From the NCBI GenBank assembly GCA_951406725.2, contig OX597832.1, positions 43,400,001 through 43,464,000 of the forward strand: DNA of 64,000 nucleotides, written 5' to 3'. Positions within the stretch are counted from its first letter, which is position 1; each line of letters starts with the position of its first letter. The notes under the pieces are model-generated. The model saw only the letters and a list, made by a program, of their open reading frames with translations. It had not been told where the DNA came from and ran no database searches. The DNA is from Octopus vulgaris. Lineage: Eukaryota. Below are positions 28,273-43,258 of this stretch, one piece after another. The translations under genes and the position numbers were made by a program.

Positions 28273-28500
28273 ATTAAATGAAATAATTAATGTGAGACAA
28301 AAAGACTTTACTGAAATAACATATCACTACGTGGAATATATTGTAATCTAACTCAATATTTCTCGCACTCCAAACCATTCCCCAATTCAATTTTTCTATC
28401 CTTGTCTCTCTGCTATTCTCAACCATTCTGCAGCATTCTCTCTCTCTCTCTGTCTCTCCCTCTCTCTCTCTTTCTCTCCCTCTCTCTCTCTTTCTTTCTT

Positions 28501-28570
<70 letters not shown>

Positions 28571-28730
28571 CGCACTCACACACACGCAAGGCGTTGATAA
28601 TCTGCAAAAAAGATTAAAGCACTCAATATCAATTGCAGTAGATATTATTATATATATATGAAAATATATATAGCGGCTGTGAAACTGACAGTATATACCA
28701 TGAATAGTTATATTGTATGCATCGTTACTC

Positions 28731-28739
28731 ATACATACA

Positions 28740-28773
<34 letters not shown>

Positions 28774-29256
28774 CATACATACATGCATGCATACTTACAT
28801 GCACATACATGCATATATACATACATACACATACATACATGCATACATACATGCATGTATACATACATATATGCATGCATACATACACATACACACATGA
28901 ATGCATACATACATACGTACGTACATACATACATATATATACGTATATACATGCATACATGCATATATGCATACATACATACATGCATACACACATGCAT
29001 GCATACATACATACGTACGTACATACATACATACATACATATATATATACGTATATACATGCATACATACATACATACATACATACACACATGCATGCAT
29101 ACATACACATACATACATGCATGCATACATACACATACATACATGCATACATACATGCATGCATGCACATACATACACATATATACATGCATACATGCAC
29201 ATACATACATGCATACTTACATACATACGTAGTACGTACATACACACATACACACA

Positions 29257-29290
<34 letters not shown>

Positions 29291-29962
29291 CATACATACA
29301 TATATACATACATACATACATACATGCATACATACACACATGCATACATACACACATACATACATACACACACACATACATACATACATACATACATACA
29401 CACACATACATACATACATACATACATACATACATACGTATATACATACATACATACATACATACATACACACACACATGCATGCATACATACATACATA
29501 CATACATACATACATACATACATACACACATACATACATACATACATGCATATATACATACACACACACATACATGCATACATACATACATACATACATA
29601 CATATGTACATACATACATACATACATACATACATGCATACATTCATACATGCATACATACATACTTACATACATACATAGATACATTCATACATGCATA
29701 CATACATACATACATTCATACATGCATACATACATACATACATACATACATGCATACATTCATACATGCATACATACATGCATGCATACATACATACATT
29801 CATACATGCATACATACATACATACATACATACATGCATACATTCATACATGCATACATACATACATGCATACATGCATGCATACATAGATACATACATA
29901 CATACATACATACATACATACATACATACATACATACATACATACATACATACATACATACA

Positions 29963-29993
<31 letters not shown>

Positions 29994-30079
29994 GTACATA
30001 CATACATACATAAATACATACATACATACATACATACACACACACATGCATACATACATACATACATACATACACACAC

Positions 30080-30110
<31 letters not shown>

Positions 30111-30125
30111 TACATACATACATAT
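28731..30125. repeat. (ATAC)n compound microsatellite
   Basis: Degenerate ATAC/ATGC/ACAC array, followed by CT/CTAT arrays to about 30740. Confidence 0.95.
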
Positions 30126-30438
30126 GTCCCTCCTTCTCTGTCATTTGATATCTCTTTCTCTCTCTTTCTACGACTCTCATTTCTCCATGTCATTTACTTT
30201 CCGTCTACCAATCTCTCTCTTTCTCTCCCTCTCTCTCTCTTTTTCTCTCTTTCTTCCTCTCTCTTTCTTTCTCTCTCTCTCTCTCTTTCTCTCTCTTTCT
30301 TTTTCTCTCTCTCTCTCTCTCTTTCTCTCCCTCTCTATCTGCCTATCTCGATCTTCCATTCTTTTTTCATTATTCTCTCTACCATTATCTTCTTAGTCTT
30401 TCTCTTATTCACCTTTTTCTGTTTCAATCCCTATCTGA

Positions 30439-30503
<65 letters not shown>

Positions 30504-30584
30504 TTATCTATATATCTATCTATCTATCTATCTCTCTCTCTCTATCTCTCTCTCTATATATATATATATATCTATCTCTCTCTG

Positions 30585-30619
<35 letters not shown>

Positions 30620-30672
30620 CTTTCTCTTTCTCTCTCTCTCTATCTCTATCTATCTATCTATCTATCTCTCTG

Positions 30673-30725
<53 letters not shown>

Positions 30726-31003
30726 CTTTATATCTCCCTATCAAACAATTTCTCTATCTCAGACCCGTCCTCTTCCTCTTCAATTGTTCACTTCCGCCCG
30801 CTTCTCCTCTTCTTTCTTGTTTAAACTTTTTTTTACAGAAAAAAAATTGTTAATTGTTTTGAGTTTTTATTTTAAATTATCCGGAAATGATTATTTTATC
30901 AAAATACACTTTGAAAAAAAAAGAGAAAACAAACAAAACAAATGCCGTCTTTATTTTCTATCCAATAGAATTTCTTTGGTGTCTGCTGCCCTGGTTTTTA
31001 AGG

Positions 31004-31428
<425 letters not shown>

Positions 31429-31995
31429 TTAGCACCAGATCTGAACTGGGTTATAATCATCCCGACCTGTTTTTTCTTTTCTTATCAGCTCACGAGGCAG
31501 CTGGGACTACACTAGACAGTGTATTTTTCCTTATTTTAAGACGGTAGAGATATTTGAAGGAGATTTGGCTGTTCTTTATAGCAGGCCGAGTGATCGCGTT
31601 CTTATATCGAGACACGTGGCCCAGAGGTTAAGGTATTCAGCTCACAATCGCAAGGTTCTAGGTTCAGTTCCTGGACCAGAGGATGTATACTATATATATC
31701 CTTGAGCAACGCACTTCATTTTACGCTATTCCGTTCATCTCAAATATAATGAGCTAATGCAGGCCTTGTGCTAATGCGGCCCTCTAGCTCTCCCTCCAGC
31801 TGCCACATCCTGGATATTCGGCAAAGTTAATGATGAGGGGTATGAGAGGATGCCTATGCCCGTTCGAGACTACATAGGTATCTGAAACAACTACCAAAGC
31901 ATGGTACACGATACAACGTCGTAATCGCTAGCGAATGACAGGGAATGATGCCAGAAATTTAAAGGGTATGGCTAGCTGTCCTCTCTGTCTTTTCT

Positions 31996-32187
31996 TATTT
32001 CTTTACTACCCACAAGGGGCTAAACACAGAGGAGACAAACAAGGACTCCAGTGCGTAACTGGTACATAATTTATCGACCCCGAAAGGATGAAAGGTAAAG
32101 TCGACCTCGGCGGAATTTGAACTCAGAACGCAGTGGCGGACGAAATACCACAAAACATTTCGCCCGGCGTGCTAACGATTCTGCCAG
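31996..32187 (-). mobile_element. 184-bp-family SINE
   Basis: 15-bp TSD CTCTCTGTCTTTTCT at 31981-31995 and 32188-32202. Confidence 0.85.
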
Positions 32188-32299
32188 CTCTCTGTCTTTT
32201 CTGTCGTTCTTGTAATAGTCTCTGCTTCACAGAACTAGCTGGCCCCATACGTCCACCACTCAGGCAACTCCGTTCCATATATATATATATCCATATAAG

Positions 32300-33060
32300 G
32301 GCTACAGGGTTGACTCAATGGGACTCCAGAGCAGCTGTAATAGACTGGTTCCGCGGTATCAAGAATAAATCAGCCTGCAAAATTCACCCAGTTCGACATA
32401 GTTGACTTCTACCCTTCCATATCTAAGCCCCTCCTCCTTAATGCCCCAACTTTTACTGAGCAATACACCTTGTGATCTTGGTATCAGAATGATCGTGAAT
32501 GCCAGAAAGTCAATTCTGGTCCATGACGATTCCTTCTGGGTGAAGAAAGAAGGCGATCCAGTGTTTGATGTCTCTATGGAGAGCTTTTATGAGACTGAAA
32601 TAGCCGGTCCCGTCGGGTTATATATTTTGGATACCTTCAAGAGACGTACGCGTCCACATAGACCGGCCCTCAATAGGGACGATGACCTGGCTATCTCAAG
32701 CCATATGAATGACCACGCCATGGACAGGTTCAGGAAGGACCTGATAAAAATATTCAAAGAGTTCGGCCTGTCCATAAAGGTTACTACCAACCTGACTACG
32801 ATCGATTTCTTGGATGTAACCTTAGACCTAAATACAGGCGAATACTACCCTTACAGGAAGCCCAATGACGAAATGGTATATATCCACAAGATCTCACCGC
32901 CAAGCCGTAATTAGAAACCTAGTTTCAGGATTTAGCAAACGGGTGTCTAAACTCTCAGCCAATATGGAGATATTTAACGGTCCCACCACCACCACCACTA
33001 ACACTACCACTATAACGATGATTTATTTAGCTAGAAGTGGATTTTCTGAGAAGCTCACCA
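32300..33060 (+). mobile_element. Penelope-like element reverse transcriptase remnant
   Basis: ORF 32402-32914: WVKK..FDVSMESF..E..VGLYIL, NRDDDL (YRDDGL-like), IDFLDVTLDL..YYPYRKPN..YIH..PP. These are characteristic PLE RT motifs, with the catalytic region mutated. Confidence 0.8.
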
Positions 33061-33282
33061 TGCAGTATTTTCTATCTATCTGCTGTCGCTAAAATAACAT
33101 AATATCGACATTAATACCGCGTGATCTTTTCTCAACCAATCGCAGGCTAACGTCCAGTAAAAAACATTGACTCTCTTCAATCGATCTTTCATTGAGACTC
33201 CAATGGACGAAGACTAGCCACGAGCTTGAAACTCAGAGTACCAAGGATTCTGAATCAAACTGATTTGATCTATATCTGTATC

Positions 33283-33342
<60 letters not shown>

Positions 33343-33719
33343 TACTCTTCCGTGATGGTAAGATCAACAAAAAAGTATTCCATCTAGTGAGAAATAAAGA
33401 TTATTTAGTAAACACAATATATGTTTTTATGTGCTACTATTAGTTTCGTACGCTGAGAGCATGCCAGACAGTGTTTTTTAACACGTCTGATATCCTAATG
33501 CAATTGTCAGTCACTGCACACATAGCATAACGAGCTTAAAATGCGACGATTAAGTGAGAGAAAAAGTGAAAAAAAGGCTACAAAGAATTAGATAAAAGGT
33601 GGAAGGTTGAAAAATCAGAAAACGAAAATAATACAGAAAGAAGCAAAAGTGGAGAATTAAAGTCATTTCCCCTTAGACCGTAAAAAAAGGCTGCAAAGAT
33701 AGTGGCTTAGAGTCAGTGA

Positions 33720-34630
33720 TACAGTGATTCAATCTGGAGAGAATGGCACTTTCCGATTCGTGGAAACTTAGCCATATGCTTACAACAGCTGAAAATTTCG
33801 GTGCATAAAAATGTATGCATACGTATGACTGCAAAGCTAAACCATTACCTTGTTAAACTGATTATCGTGAGCTCCTAAAGTTGTATACTGTGGGAGGGCT
33901 GCAATTGCTGACTCTCTCCTCTCCCCTATCAACACTGATACGTAGCAAAGTAATTTCTACACCATCAGAACTGATCAATGGCTCAAGGGAGCAACGTCGC
34001 CCTCTGATGAAACATCATTCATCATTTTCCCTCGTTTTTGGTAAGTCTGAGAGAGAGTCCAAAGAAACCTTCAAATCTGACTGTTTGGCCCCTATCATGA
34101 AGAATGGAAGTGGTTTTATGATGTCTTGGGCAACTATATTATGGAATTCGTTAGACTATTTAATTTTTCTAAATAGCAGAGTTAGTGCCAAGGATTATCT
34201 GAGTATTTTTGGCTGATTATGTCCTTCTAAAGATACAGACACTGTTCCTTCATGATAGCACAGTCTTCGAGAACAATAATCCACCGATTCACATGGCTAA
34301 TGATATTCAAAATCGGTACAAAGAGCACAAAAGTGAAGTAGACCACTTGGATTCGACCCCACAATCACCAGATCTCAATATAATTTAACATTTATGACGC
34401 ATTTTGGAGTAGCAAGTGAAGAACCATTTCCCTCTGCCATCATCTCTGAAAGAGGTAAAGAAGATTTTACTTGAAAAATGGCTCAAGTCTTCATAACAAC
34501 CATTCAGAATGAATACGATTTGATTCCTTGACTAATTAAAGCTGTGACTCGTACAAAGGTGAGCTGACTCCGTATTAAATAATAAAACTTCTATTTAACA
34601 TGGTGGCTCTGTTATTTTATGAAATTCTTG
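33720..34630 (+). mobile_element. Decayed Tc1-like transposase
   Basis: DCLAPIMKNGSGFMMSWA, VFENNNPPIH and PQSPDLNII motifs with stops and frameshifts. Confidence 0.7.
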
Positions 34631-34779
34631 TATATATATATGTTTTTCTTTGAATTTTATTTAAGTTCTTGAAAGTGTTCAAGCCGGTCGCTTAGGAAGC
34701 GACAAGACTTCTTAAGTTAAGAGAGTTTCTTGTTGTTTGTAAATATGTAGTTGAGTTTGCGTGTTGGTTGAACTGTCGA

Positions 34780-35035
34780 TGCATGCACCTAATTTTGTGT
34801 ATCTATTCACATAACAATCTCAGATGGAGAATTTTGGGAATGTCTTACAAATCTTCACTGAGCCATTAATAGACTATATTTGCAGAATCTACGTCAGTCT
34901 CTTTTGTTCTTTCTCCGTGAAACATAGTATGTCAAATTTGTTGGCACATAGCCTAATGCGCCAATGACGATAGGTGCAAATGAGAATTCATAGACAAGGT
35001 ACAAGAGCTGTAAGTTCCGCATCAATTCGCTTGTA
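34780..35035 (-). mobile_element. 3' fragment of a restriction-like-endonuclease (R2/R4/NeSL-type) LINE
   Basis: Minus-strand translation SELMRNLQLLYLVYEFSFAPIVIGALGYV matches the RLE C-terminal PxVIGALG motif. Confidence 0.55.
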
Positions 35036-35040
35036 AATAG

Positions 35041-35166
35041 ATGATGGAAGGAAGTCATAGATAATCAGGGAAGGTAGATTGATGATTAAATTTCAGTTAA
35101 ATATAAACATTTGATCACTTGTTTTCTTTATTCGAAATTCGGACAGGACTTATGGGATGACCTGAT
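35041..35166 (+). mobile_element. Mariner 3' end fragment with TIR
   Basis: WKEVIDNQGR-like C-terminus and a TTATGGGATGACCTGA|TA end similar to the TIR at 10359. Confidence 0.45.
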
Positions 35167-35360
35167 ATATCGTATCTATGGGATGCATACATACAGAATT
35201 GTGTATATGTGTGGGTTTGTATATGTATATATATATATATATATATAAGTATAGACGTATGTATATATATATATATACATGCATATGTGTGTATGTGTGT
35301 GCGCGGCGTGTAATGTATGTACATATATATGTATACATGTCTATATAAGTACATATGCCG

Positions 35361-35436
<76 letters not shown>

Positions 35437-35545
35437 CAAATGAAAGACAGAAGATCGAATATACGAGAATATATTATTAATCACAACAATTGTTTCGACA
35501 AATCTAGCATCGACTCCTCTTGTGGGACACACAGAAACTGGTTCA

Positions 35546-35579
<34 letters not shown>

Positions 35580-35601
35580 CATACATACATATATACATGC
35601 A

Positions 35602-35641
<40 letters not shown>

Positions 35642-36613
35642 GTTCGCGCGCTTCTATGTATGTGTGTGTCTGTGTGTGTTACAGCAAACCTGCCTGTTAT
35701 GAAAGCGAGAAAAAAGGTGAGGAATGAACATACACCTAATAAAAATAAGATCATTAGAAAAGTGTTTGCCGCGCACGCACACAAACATCCACACACACTC
35801 ACAAACATATGCACACTCACCACACATACAAACACATACACACGCACGCACATGCACACTAACCACACATGTGTACACACATATACACATACGCACACAC
35901 ACGCGCACACACACACACATACACACAAACAAGCACACAGTCATATAGACACACATACATACATGCACACTCACCACACATACATACACACATATAACAC
36001 ACGCACAAGCATGCAGACACTCACATGTACACACATGCACACTCACCACACACACACACACAAACACACAAACACACATACACACACACATGCACACTCA
36101 CCACACATACATACACACATATACACACACGCACAAACATGCAGACACACTCACAAATACACACATCAACATTCACCACACACACACACATATGCGCGCT
36201 CACCACACACACGAACACACACACGCATGCACACTCATCACACATACATACACACATATACACACACGCACAAACATGCACACACACTCACATATACACA
36301 TATGCACATTCACCACACACACACACACACGCACATACAAACACACACACACACATACACATACACATACACACAAACGCATGCCCGCACATACATACAT
36401 ACATGGTCCTCGCCGCCCTTCTCCCTTTCTGCTGACTCTTGTCCAAAATACCTTCGGTGACAGGCTGACATGTCACCTGTGACATGTAATATTTAGTTTC
36501 TGACGTAATTCTTCTCTTTAAGTCTTTTTATCTTTCGTTGCTGTTGAGACCGGTATTGGTGGAGCGGTGTGGGTACATAGCTTTTAAAAGCGTGGTGTCG
36601 TACAGTGTGGTGA

Positions 36614-36856
36614 GGAGTAGTGCGTGGCTCAGTGGTTATCGTATGCGGTTCACGATCGTAACGTGATCAGTTCGAATACCGGCGACGCGTTGTGACCTTG
36701 AGCAAGACTCTTCATTCCACGTTGCTCCTGTCCACTCAGCTGGCAAAAATGAGTAGTACCTGTATTTCAAAACACGCCGAATCTCACTGAGATAAGGATA
36801 CGCTCGCGTGTGTCTGTGGAGTAGTCAGCCACTTGCACATTAATTTGACGAGCAGG
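36614..36856 (+). mobile_element. tRNA-derived SINE (head B + truncated T1)
   Basis: GTGGCTCAGTGG, GTTCGAATACC, TGACCTTGAGCAAGAC, CACTTGCACATTAATTT. Confidence 0.7.
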
Positions 36857-37020
36857 AGTGGCTGTGTGGTAAGTAGCTTGTTTACCAACCAAATGGTCCC
36901 GGGTTCACTCCCACTGCATGGCACTTGGGCAAGTGTCTTCTACTATAGCCTCGGGCTGTCCAAAGCCTTGTGAGTGGATTTGGTAGACGGAAACTGGAAG
37001 AAGCCCGTCGTATATGTATA

Positions 37021-37056
<36 letters not shown>

Positions 37057-37325
37057 TGTATGTATGTATGTATGTATGTATGTATGTATGTATGTATATA
37101 TCTGTGTGTGTGTGTGTGTGTGTGTGTGTTTGTGTTTGTCCCCCCAACATCGCTTGACAACCGATGCTGGTGAGTTTACGTCTCCGTAACTTAGCTGTTC
37201 GGCAAAATAGACCGATAGAATAAGTACAAGACTTACAAAGAATAAGTCCCGGGGTCGAGTTGCTCGACTATAAAGGCGGTGCTCCAGAATGGCCGCAGTC
37301 AAATGACTGAAACAAAGAGTAGAGA
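36853..37325 (+). mobile_element. Full-length CORE-like SINE with an internal (TATG)n(TG)n microsatellite
   Basis: Head GCAGGAGTGGCTGTGTGG, core CTTGGGCAAGTGTCTT, internal repeat at 37010-37128, 3' end GGCCGCAGTCAAATGACTGAAACA. Confidence 0.88.
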
Positions 37326-37619
37326 GTAAAGATGTAGTGTAATGGAATACTTGTGATGTCAATGTTTCCGATCCGTGTAGTATGATCGACTGCACTATGG
37401 TATTGGCGAGGTGCAGTGTGGTGTAGTCAGGGGCGTCTTGGGGCATGAGTACATTGGACAGTTACCCAGGGGTTCGAAGGGTCTTGGGGCCCAACTGAAA
37501 CCTATGTGTGTAATGGTTCCTTGTTAAATAGATACAAAAGGGCCCAGTGCACTGATCTACCCCGGAGACTGTGTGCGTGTGTGTGTGTGTGTGTTTGTGA
37601 GAGAGAGAGAGAGAGAGAG

Positions 37620-37729
<110 letters not shown>

Positions 37730-37746
37730 TGTGTGTGAGAGAGAGT

Positions 37747-37781
<35 letters not shown>

Positions 37782-37806
37782 TGTGTGTGTGTGTGTGAGT
37801 GTGTGT

Positions 37807-37873
<67 letters not shown>

Positions 37874-37875
<2 letters not shown>

Positions 37876-38439
37876 GGGTTGTCCGGAAAGTTCGTACCGA
37901 TCTTTAAAGGAAAGAAAAAGGTCAATAAATACTTGCCATTACATTTTCAATCAACCAAATATGAACCATTTTGTAGCACAATGCGTCTCCATCTTTCCTT
38001 TAATTTGAAAATACCCTCCTCCCAGAATTGAGGTGGTTTCATGGCAAAGAATTCATCAAGGTATCTTTTTACGTCATCCAAGGAATTGAAATTTTTACCA
38101 TTAAGACTATTCTGCAGAGACCTGAATAAGTGGAAATCCGAAGGAGCAATATCTGGTGAATATGGAGGGTGGGGTAACACATCCCAGCCGAGCTGCAGCA
38201 ATTTTTGTCTGGTTCCCAAAGCATCAAGTGCCGAAAATGAACTTTCTTATCTTCCATTTTAAAGGGTTACAGAATTAACACAGGTTATAGGAACATAAAC
38301 CTTCTTCCACGAAAGGATAGCTTAAACTGTGCTCTAAATGGAGGTGTAGTCAGATCCTATTTTAAGGAATCAAACATGTTCTAAAATAAGTCGAAAGGTA
38401 AGCTACTATAAATCGGCACGAACTTTCCAGACAACCCAA
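37874..38439 (-). mobile_element. Non-autonomous mariner deletion derivative (566 bp)
   Basis: 28-bp TIRs TTGGGTTGTCCGGAAAGTTCGTACCGAT / ATCGGCACGAACTTTCCAGACAACCCAA. N-terminus MEDKKVHFRHLMLWE is joined to the C-terminal HPPYSPDIAPSDFHLF..W..GI.KL.ERW. Confidence 0.9.
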
Positions 38440-38449
38440 TATATAACTG

Positions 38450-38756
38450 GCGCTCTGTCGGTCACGAAGACGAGGGTTCCTGTTGATCCGATTAACGGAA
38501 CAGCTTCCTCGTGAAATTAACGGGCAAGTGGCTGAGCACTCCATAGATACGCGTACCCTTAACATAGTTCAGCGTGGCACAGTGTGTGACACGGCTGGCT
38601 CCCTTTGAAATACAGGTACCACTCATCTTTGCCAGCTGAGTGGACCGGAGCAACGTGAAATAAAGTGTCTTGCTCAATGATACATTGCGTTGTCGGGAAT
38701 TGAACTCACGACCTTACGATCATGAGCCGAATGCCCTAACCACTAAGCCACATGCC

Positions 38757-38760
<4 letters not shown>
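38450..38760 (-). mobile_element. tRNA-derived SINE (head B + tail T1)
   Basis: Reverse complement of the 17159-17494 family. Confidence 0.8.
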
Positions 38761-38798
<38 letters not shown>

Positions 38799-39169
38799 TA
38801 CATACATAAATACATACATATATACACACACAGACACACATACATATACATACGCCTGTGCGTGTATGTATAGATGTGTGGGTGAATGTTTACCTTATGT
38901 ATGCCTGTGTATTTATGTATGTGAATATATTTGTCTATGTGTATTTGTGTGTATATATATGTGTGTGTTTGTATGTATACGTAAGTATGTATGTATGAAT
39001 GTATGTATATATATATGTGTGTGTGTGTTTGTGTTTAAGTGTATACATCCTAATACGTATGATGTGGGTGGGCGTGTATGTGTCCATGAACAGAAAAAAT
39101 ATATATGCATATGTGTGTGTGTGTGTGTGTGTATTTGTATTCACGTAAATGTAAATACATGTGTGTAAA

Positions 39170-39173
39170 TGTA

Positions 39174-39220
<47 letters not shown>

Positions 39221-40013
39221 GCATATATACATACATGCATACACACACACATACATGCATACATACATACATACATACATACACACATACACACATACAT
39301 ACATACATACATACATACATACATACATGCATACATACATATATACATACATACATACATACATACATACATACATACATACATACATACATACATACAT
39401 GCATGCATACATACATACATACATACATGCATGCATACATACATACATACATACATACATACATACATACATACATACATACATGCATGCATACATACAT
39501 ACATACATACATGCATGCATACATACATACATACATACATACATACATACATACATACATACATACATACATACACACACACATACATACATACATACAT
39601 ACATACGTACGTACGTACGTACGTACGTACATACATACATACATACATACATACATACATACATACATACACATACATACATACATACATACATACACAC
39701 ATACACACATACATACATACATACATGCATACATACATATATACATACATACATACATACATACATACATACATACATACATACATACATGCATGCATAC
39801 ATACATACATACATACATACATACATACACACATACACACATACATACATGCATACATACATACATACACACACATACATACACACACACATACATACAT
39901 ACATACATACATACACACATACATACATGCACACACATACATACATACATACATACATACACACATACATACATACATACATACATACACACATACACAC
40001 ATACATACATACA

Positions 40014-40047
<34 letters not shown>

Positions 40048-40229
40048 CATACATACATACATACACACATACACACATACATACATGCATACATACATAT
40101 ATACATACATACATACATACATACATACATACATACATGCATGCATACATACATACATACATACATGCATGCATACATACATACATACATACATACATAC
40201 ATACATACATACATACATACATACATACA

Positions 40230-40260
<31 letters not shown>
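39170..40260. repeat. (ATAC)n microsatellite
   Basis: Directly visible. Confidence 0.95.
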
Positions 40261-40261
<1 letters not shown>

Positions 40262-40726
40262 CTAGTTCTTTCTCACGTGGGGTACGTGCTTGTGTGATTT
40301 TGAACGTCCTCTTGTTTATCTATTCTGAAAGATATTTATGGTGTGGCGGGCGGCGATTAGAGTGTGTGTGGGTTAGTCTATGTGTTTGTGCGGGGTGAGC
40401 TATGTATGTATGGATGCATATACGCGTGCATATGTATTGGTGTCCTTTTTTTTCTATTGGAACTGGATGACCTCTACCCCGCTGTCCATTTACTCACGTA
40501 AATTCTAAAGACCGCACACCAGAAGTCAACGTTTTTTTCATAATGTTTTTGTTTTTTTTTTGTGAGGTATACTTGCCATCTCAATATGGCTAACCACTAA
40601 GGGTGGGTGTTACTGTAGCTTGTAGCCTCAGGAAAACATCGTCTCCAGCTGGCTTTAGGCACACTTTCTGTGACCTTATAGTATTTGCAAAGGGAGGTCA
40701 TCCCTCACTCGTCAACCTAAGTGATA

Positions 40727-40771
40727 CGCACGGACTGCAGTTTCTAGGTTTTGACCTGTCATCAGTGTACG
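40727..40771 (-). ncRNA. Minimal type I hammerhead ribozyme-like motif in a Penelope-like terminal repeat
   Basis: Minus strand: CGTACA-CTGATGA-C-AGGT(CAAA)ACCT-A-GAAAC-TGCA-GTC-CGTGCG. Intact core, palindromic loop 3, GUC triplet. Confidence 0.6.
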
Positions 40772-40916
40772 ACAATCACCGGTTTTCGATGAAAGGGGGT
40801 CTCAATGCAAATACTTATATCGTTTTTCCAGTAACTTTTCGTCACTGATGACCCAATACATAACTCATAATAATCACAATCTTTTTCACTTCTTCTCTCA
40901 TTCTTTTCTCTGTTTT

Positions 40917-41497
40917 CAGTGGTCGGGGCAGCGGACTCGCGGTCGGTCGTAAGAACGCGGTTTCGATTCCCAGACCGGGCATTGTGAGTGTTTATTGAGC
41001 AAAAACACCTATGCTCCACGAGGCTCCGGCGGGGTGGGGGTGAACCCCGCTATACTCTTTCACCACATCTTTCTCTCAACCCTTCTTCCTACTTCTGCCA
41101 CAAAGCAGAGGAACCATGGTGTAACCCACTATGATGTGGTAAACCTTTCAGACCCTAGTCTGGATTGTGAATCCTCTGTACCCCAGGATGGTTCAGCTCT
41201 CTACCCGTTAAAAGCCACCGTTTCCGGAATGAGGATAACGACGTTGCTTTCGCACCCGTGCAACCACCCGTCTATCGCGTGTGGTGGGTGGATCTTCAAG
41301 TTGCCGCACGCACTCTTAGTAGCTTAGAGTAGGCTCGAATTTGAGATTATTCTTTGTAGCTAATGACGGGAGTCCTGATTGGAAGAAGAAGAAGAAGAAG
41401 AAGAAGAAGAAGAAGAAGAAGAAGAAGAAGAAGAAGAAGAAGAAGAAGAAGAAGAAGAAGAAGAAGAAGAAGAAGAAGAAGAAGAAGAAGAAGAAGA
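40917..41497 (+). mobile_element. tRNA-derived SINE (head A + tail T3) with a long (GAA)n tail
   Basis: Homologous along its length to 24322-24810. Confidence 0.85.
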
Positions 41498-42099
41498 CAG
41501 CAGTGAAAATAACCGTTGCTAACAACCGTTGCTAACGACCATTACAACTATCACAAGACGAAAAAGAAAACTAGGAGAAAAAGAAAATAAAAACGTATGT
41601 ATACATGTGTATGTGTATGTGTGTACACGACGGGTTTCTTTCAGTTTTCGTCCACCATTTCCACTTACAAGGCGTCGGTCGGCGCGGGCCTTCATTAAAA
41701 GACACTTGCCAAAAGTGCCACGCAGTGGGACTGAACCTGAAACCTTTGTGGTTGGGAAGGAAGCGTCTTACCACAGAGCCATATCTGCGAATGTGTAATT
41801 ATTTTTTATCAAATCTACCTTTCAAAGTTTGAGCTGCGATTTCAATTTTTAGCTGCAAAACGGAAGAATGATATAAAAGAAAGGCGGAATGGCACTCGCA
41901 GACCTTTTACCATTGCCCATGGTTGTATGCAATGTGATGGCCATTCTGACTTACTGCATCGACCGACCTTGTAGTACAGACAACGATCAGGGGACGTAAC
42001 TCAATTGAACACCATATACTACAGCGACAATAAACACTGTCCTAAGCGGCGCACAATATAACTATGTCTCTGCTACGCCAGCTAATCATTGGTTACCAA

Positions 42100-42990
42100 C
42101 GTTGGCACAAAGCTAGCATGCTCGGGGGAGGGGTAAGTCGATCACATCGACCTCAATACTCAACTGGTACTTATTTTATCGACCCCGAAAGGATGAAAGG
42201 CAAAGTCGACCTCGGCGAAATTTGAACTTAGAACGTAATGACCGTCAAAATGCCGCTAAGCATTTTGTCCGGTGCGCTAACGATTCTGCCAGCTCGCCGC
42301 TTTAACCACCAGCTAATTATTACTATTCATTAATTACTGCAGACGTTAAGGCAGCGAGCTAGCAGAATCATTAACAAATCGGATAAGATGTTTACCAGTA
42401 TTTCTTCCGGCTCTTTACGTTTTTGGTTCATATTCCTCCAAGGTCGACTTTGCCTATCATCCTTTAGGATTCGATAAAGTAAGTACCAATTGAATACTGG
42501 ATCGATATAATCGATTTACACACTGCCCCCTTCAAAACTGTTAGCCTTGTGCCAATATTTCAAAGAATTGTTATGAAGACAGCGAGTTGGCATAATTATT
42601 AGCACATCGGACAAAATTCTTAGCGACATTTTTCCAACTCTTTGCGTTCTGCGTTCAAATCCCATCGTGGTCAGTTTTGCAGTTTCATCTTTTTGGGGTC
42701 GATAAAATAAATAACAGTCAAGTACTGAGTTCGATATACCCCTCTCTTCAAAATTGCTGGCCTTGCGCCGAGAATTAGAAAGAATTACAGAAGGTGTTGA
42801 GGCGGTGAGCTGGCATAATTGTTAGCGCGTCGGACAAAATACTAAACGGTGCTTCCTCCGAAATTCTGAGTACGAATCCCGCTGAGATCAACGTTCTTTT
42901 TTCGTCCTTTCGGGGTCGATAAAATAAATACCAGTTTCCAACCCACCGCCTCGAAAAAAAGTGTGCCTTCTACCAAAATTTGAATCCAAT
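42100..42990. mobile_element. Cluster of old 184-bp-family SINE copies (one minus, three plus, head-to-tail)
   Basis: Recurrent GGC.GCGAG.TGGCA.AAT..TTAGCAC, TTCAAAT.CC and GGGGTCGATAAAATAAATACCAG motifs. Confidence 0.65.
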
Positions 42991-43014
42991 ATTTACTGAA
43001 GCTATTGTTGTTGC

Positions 43015-43046
<32 letters not shown>

Positions 43047-43056
43047 GTGGTGGTGG

Positions 43057-43093
<37 letters not shown>

Positions 43094-43227
43094 GCTGCTG
43101 CTGCTGCATATTAGCTCCAGGTCAGCCCCAGGTCAGTAGACTTATGACCAAAGTCGTTTAAGACGTAATCATCTCGTTTTCCTCAGCTTGTTTTCTCTTT
43201 CTCGACTTTTAGGATTTGATGAAGATT

Positions 43228-43258
<31 letters not shown>

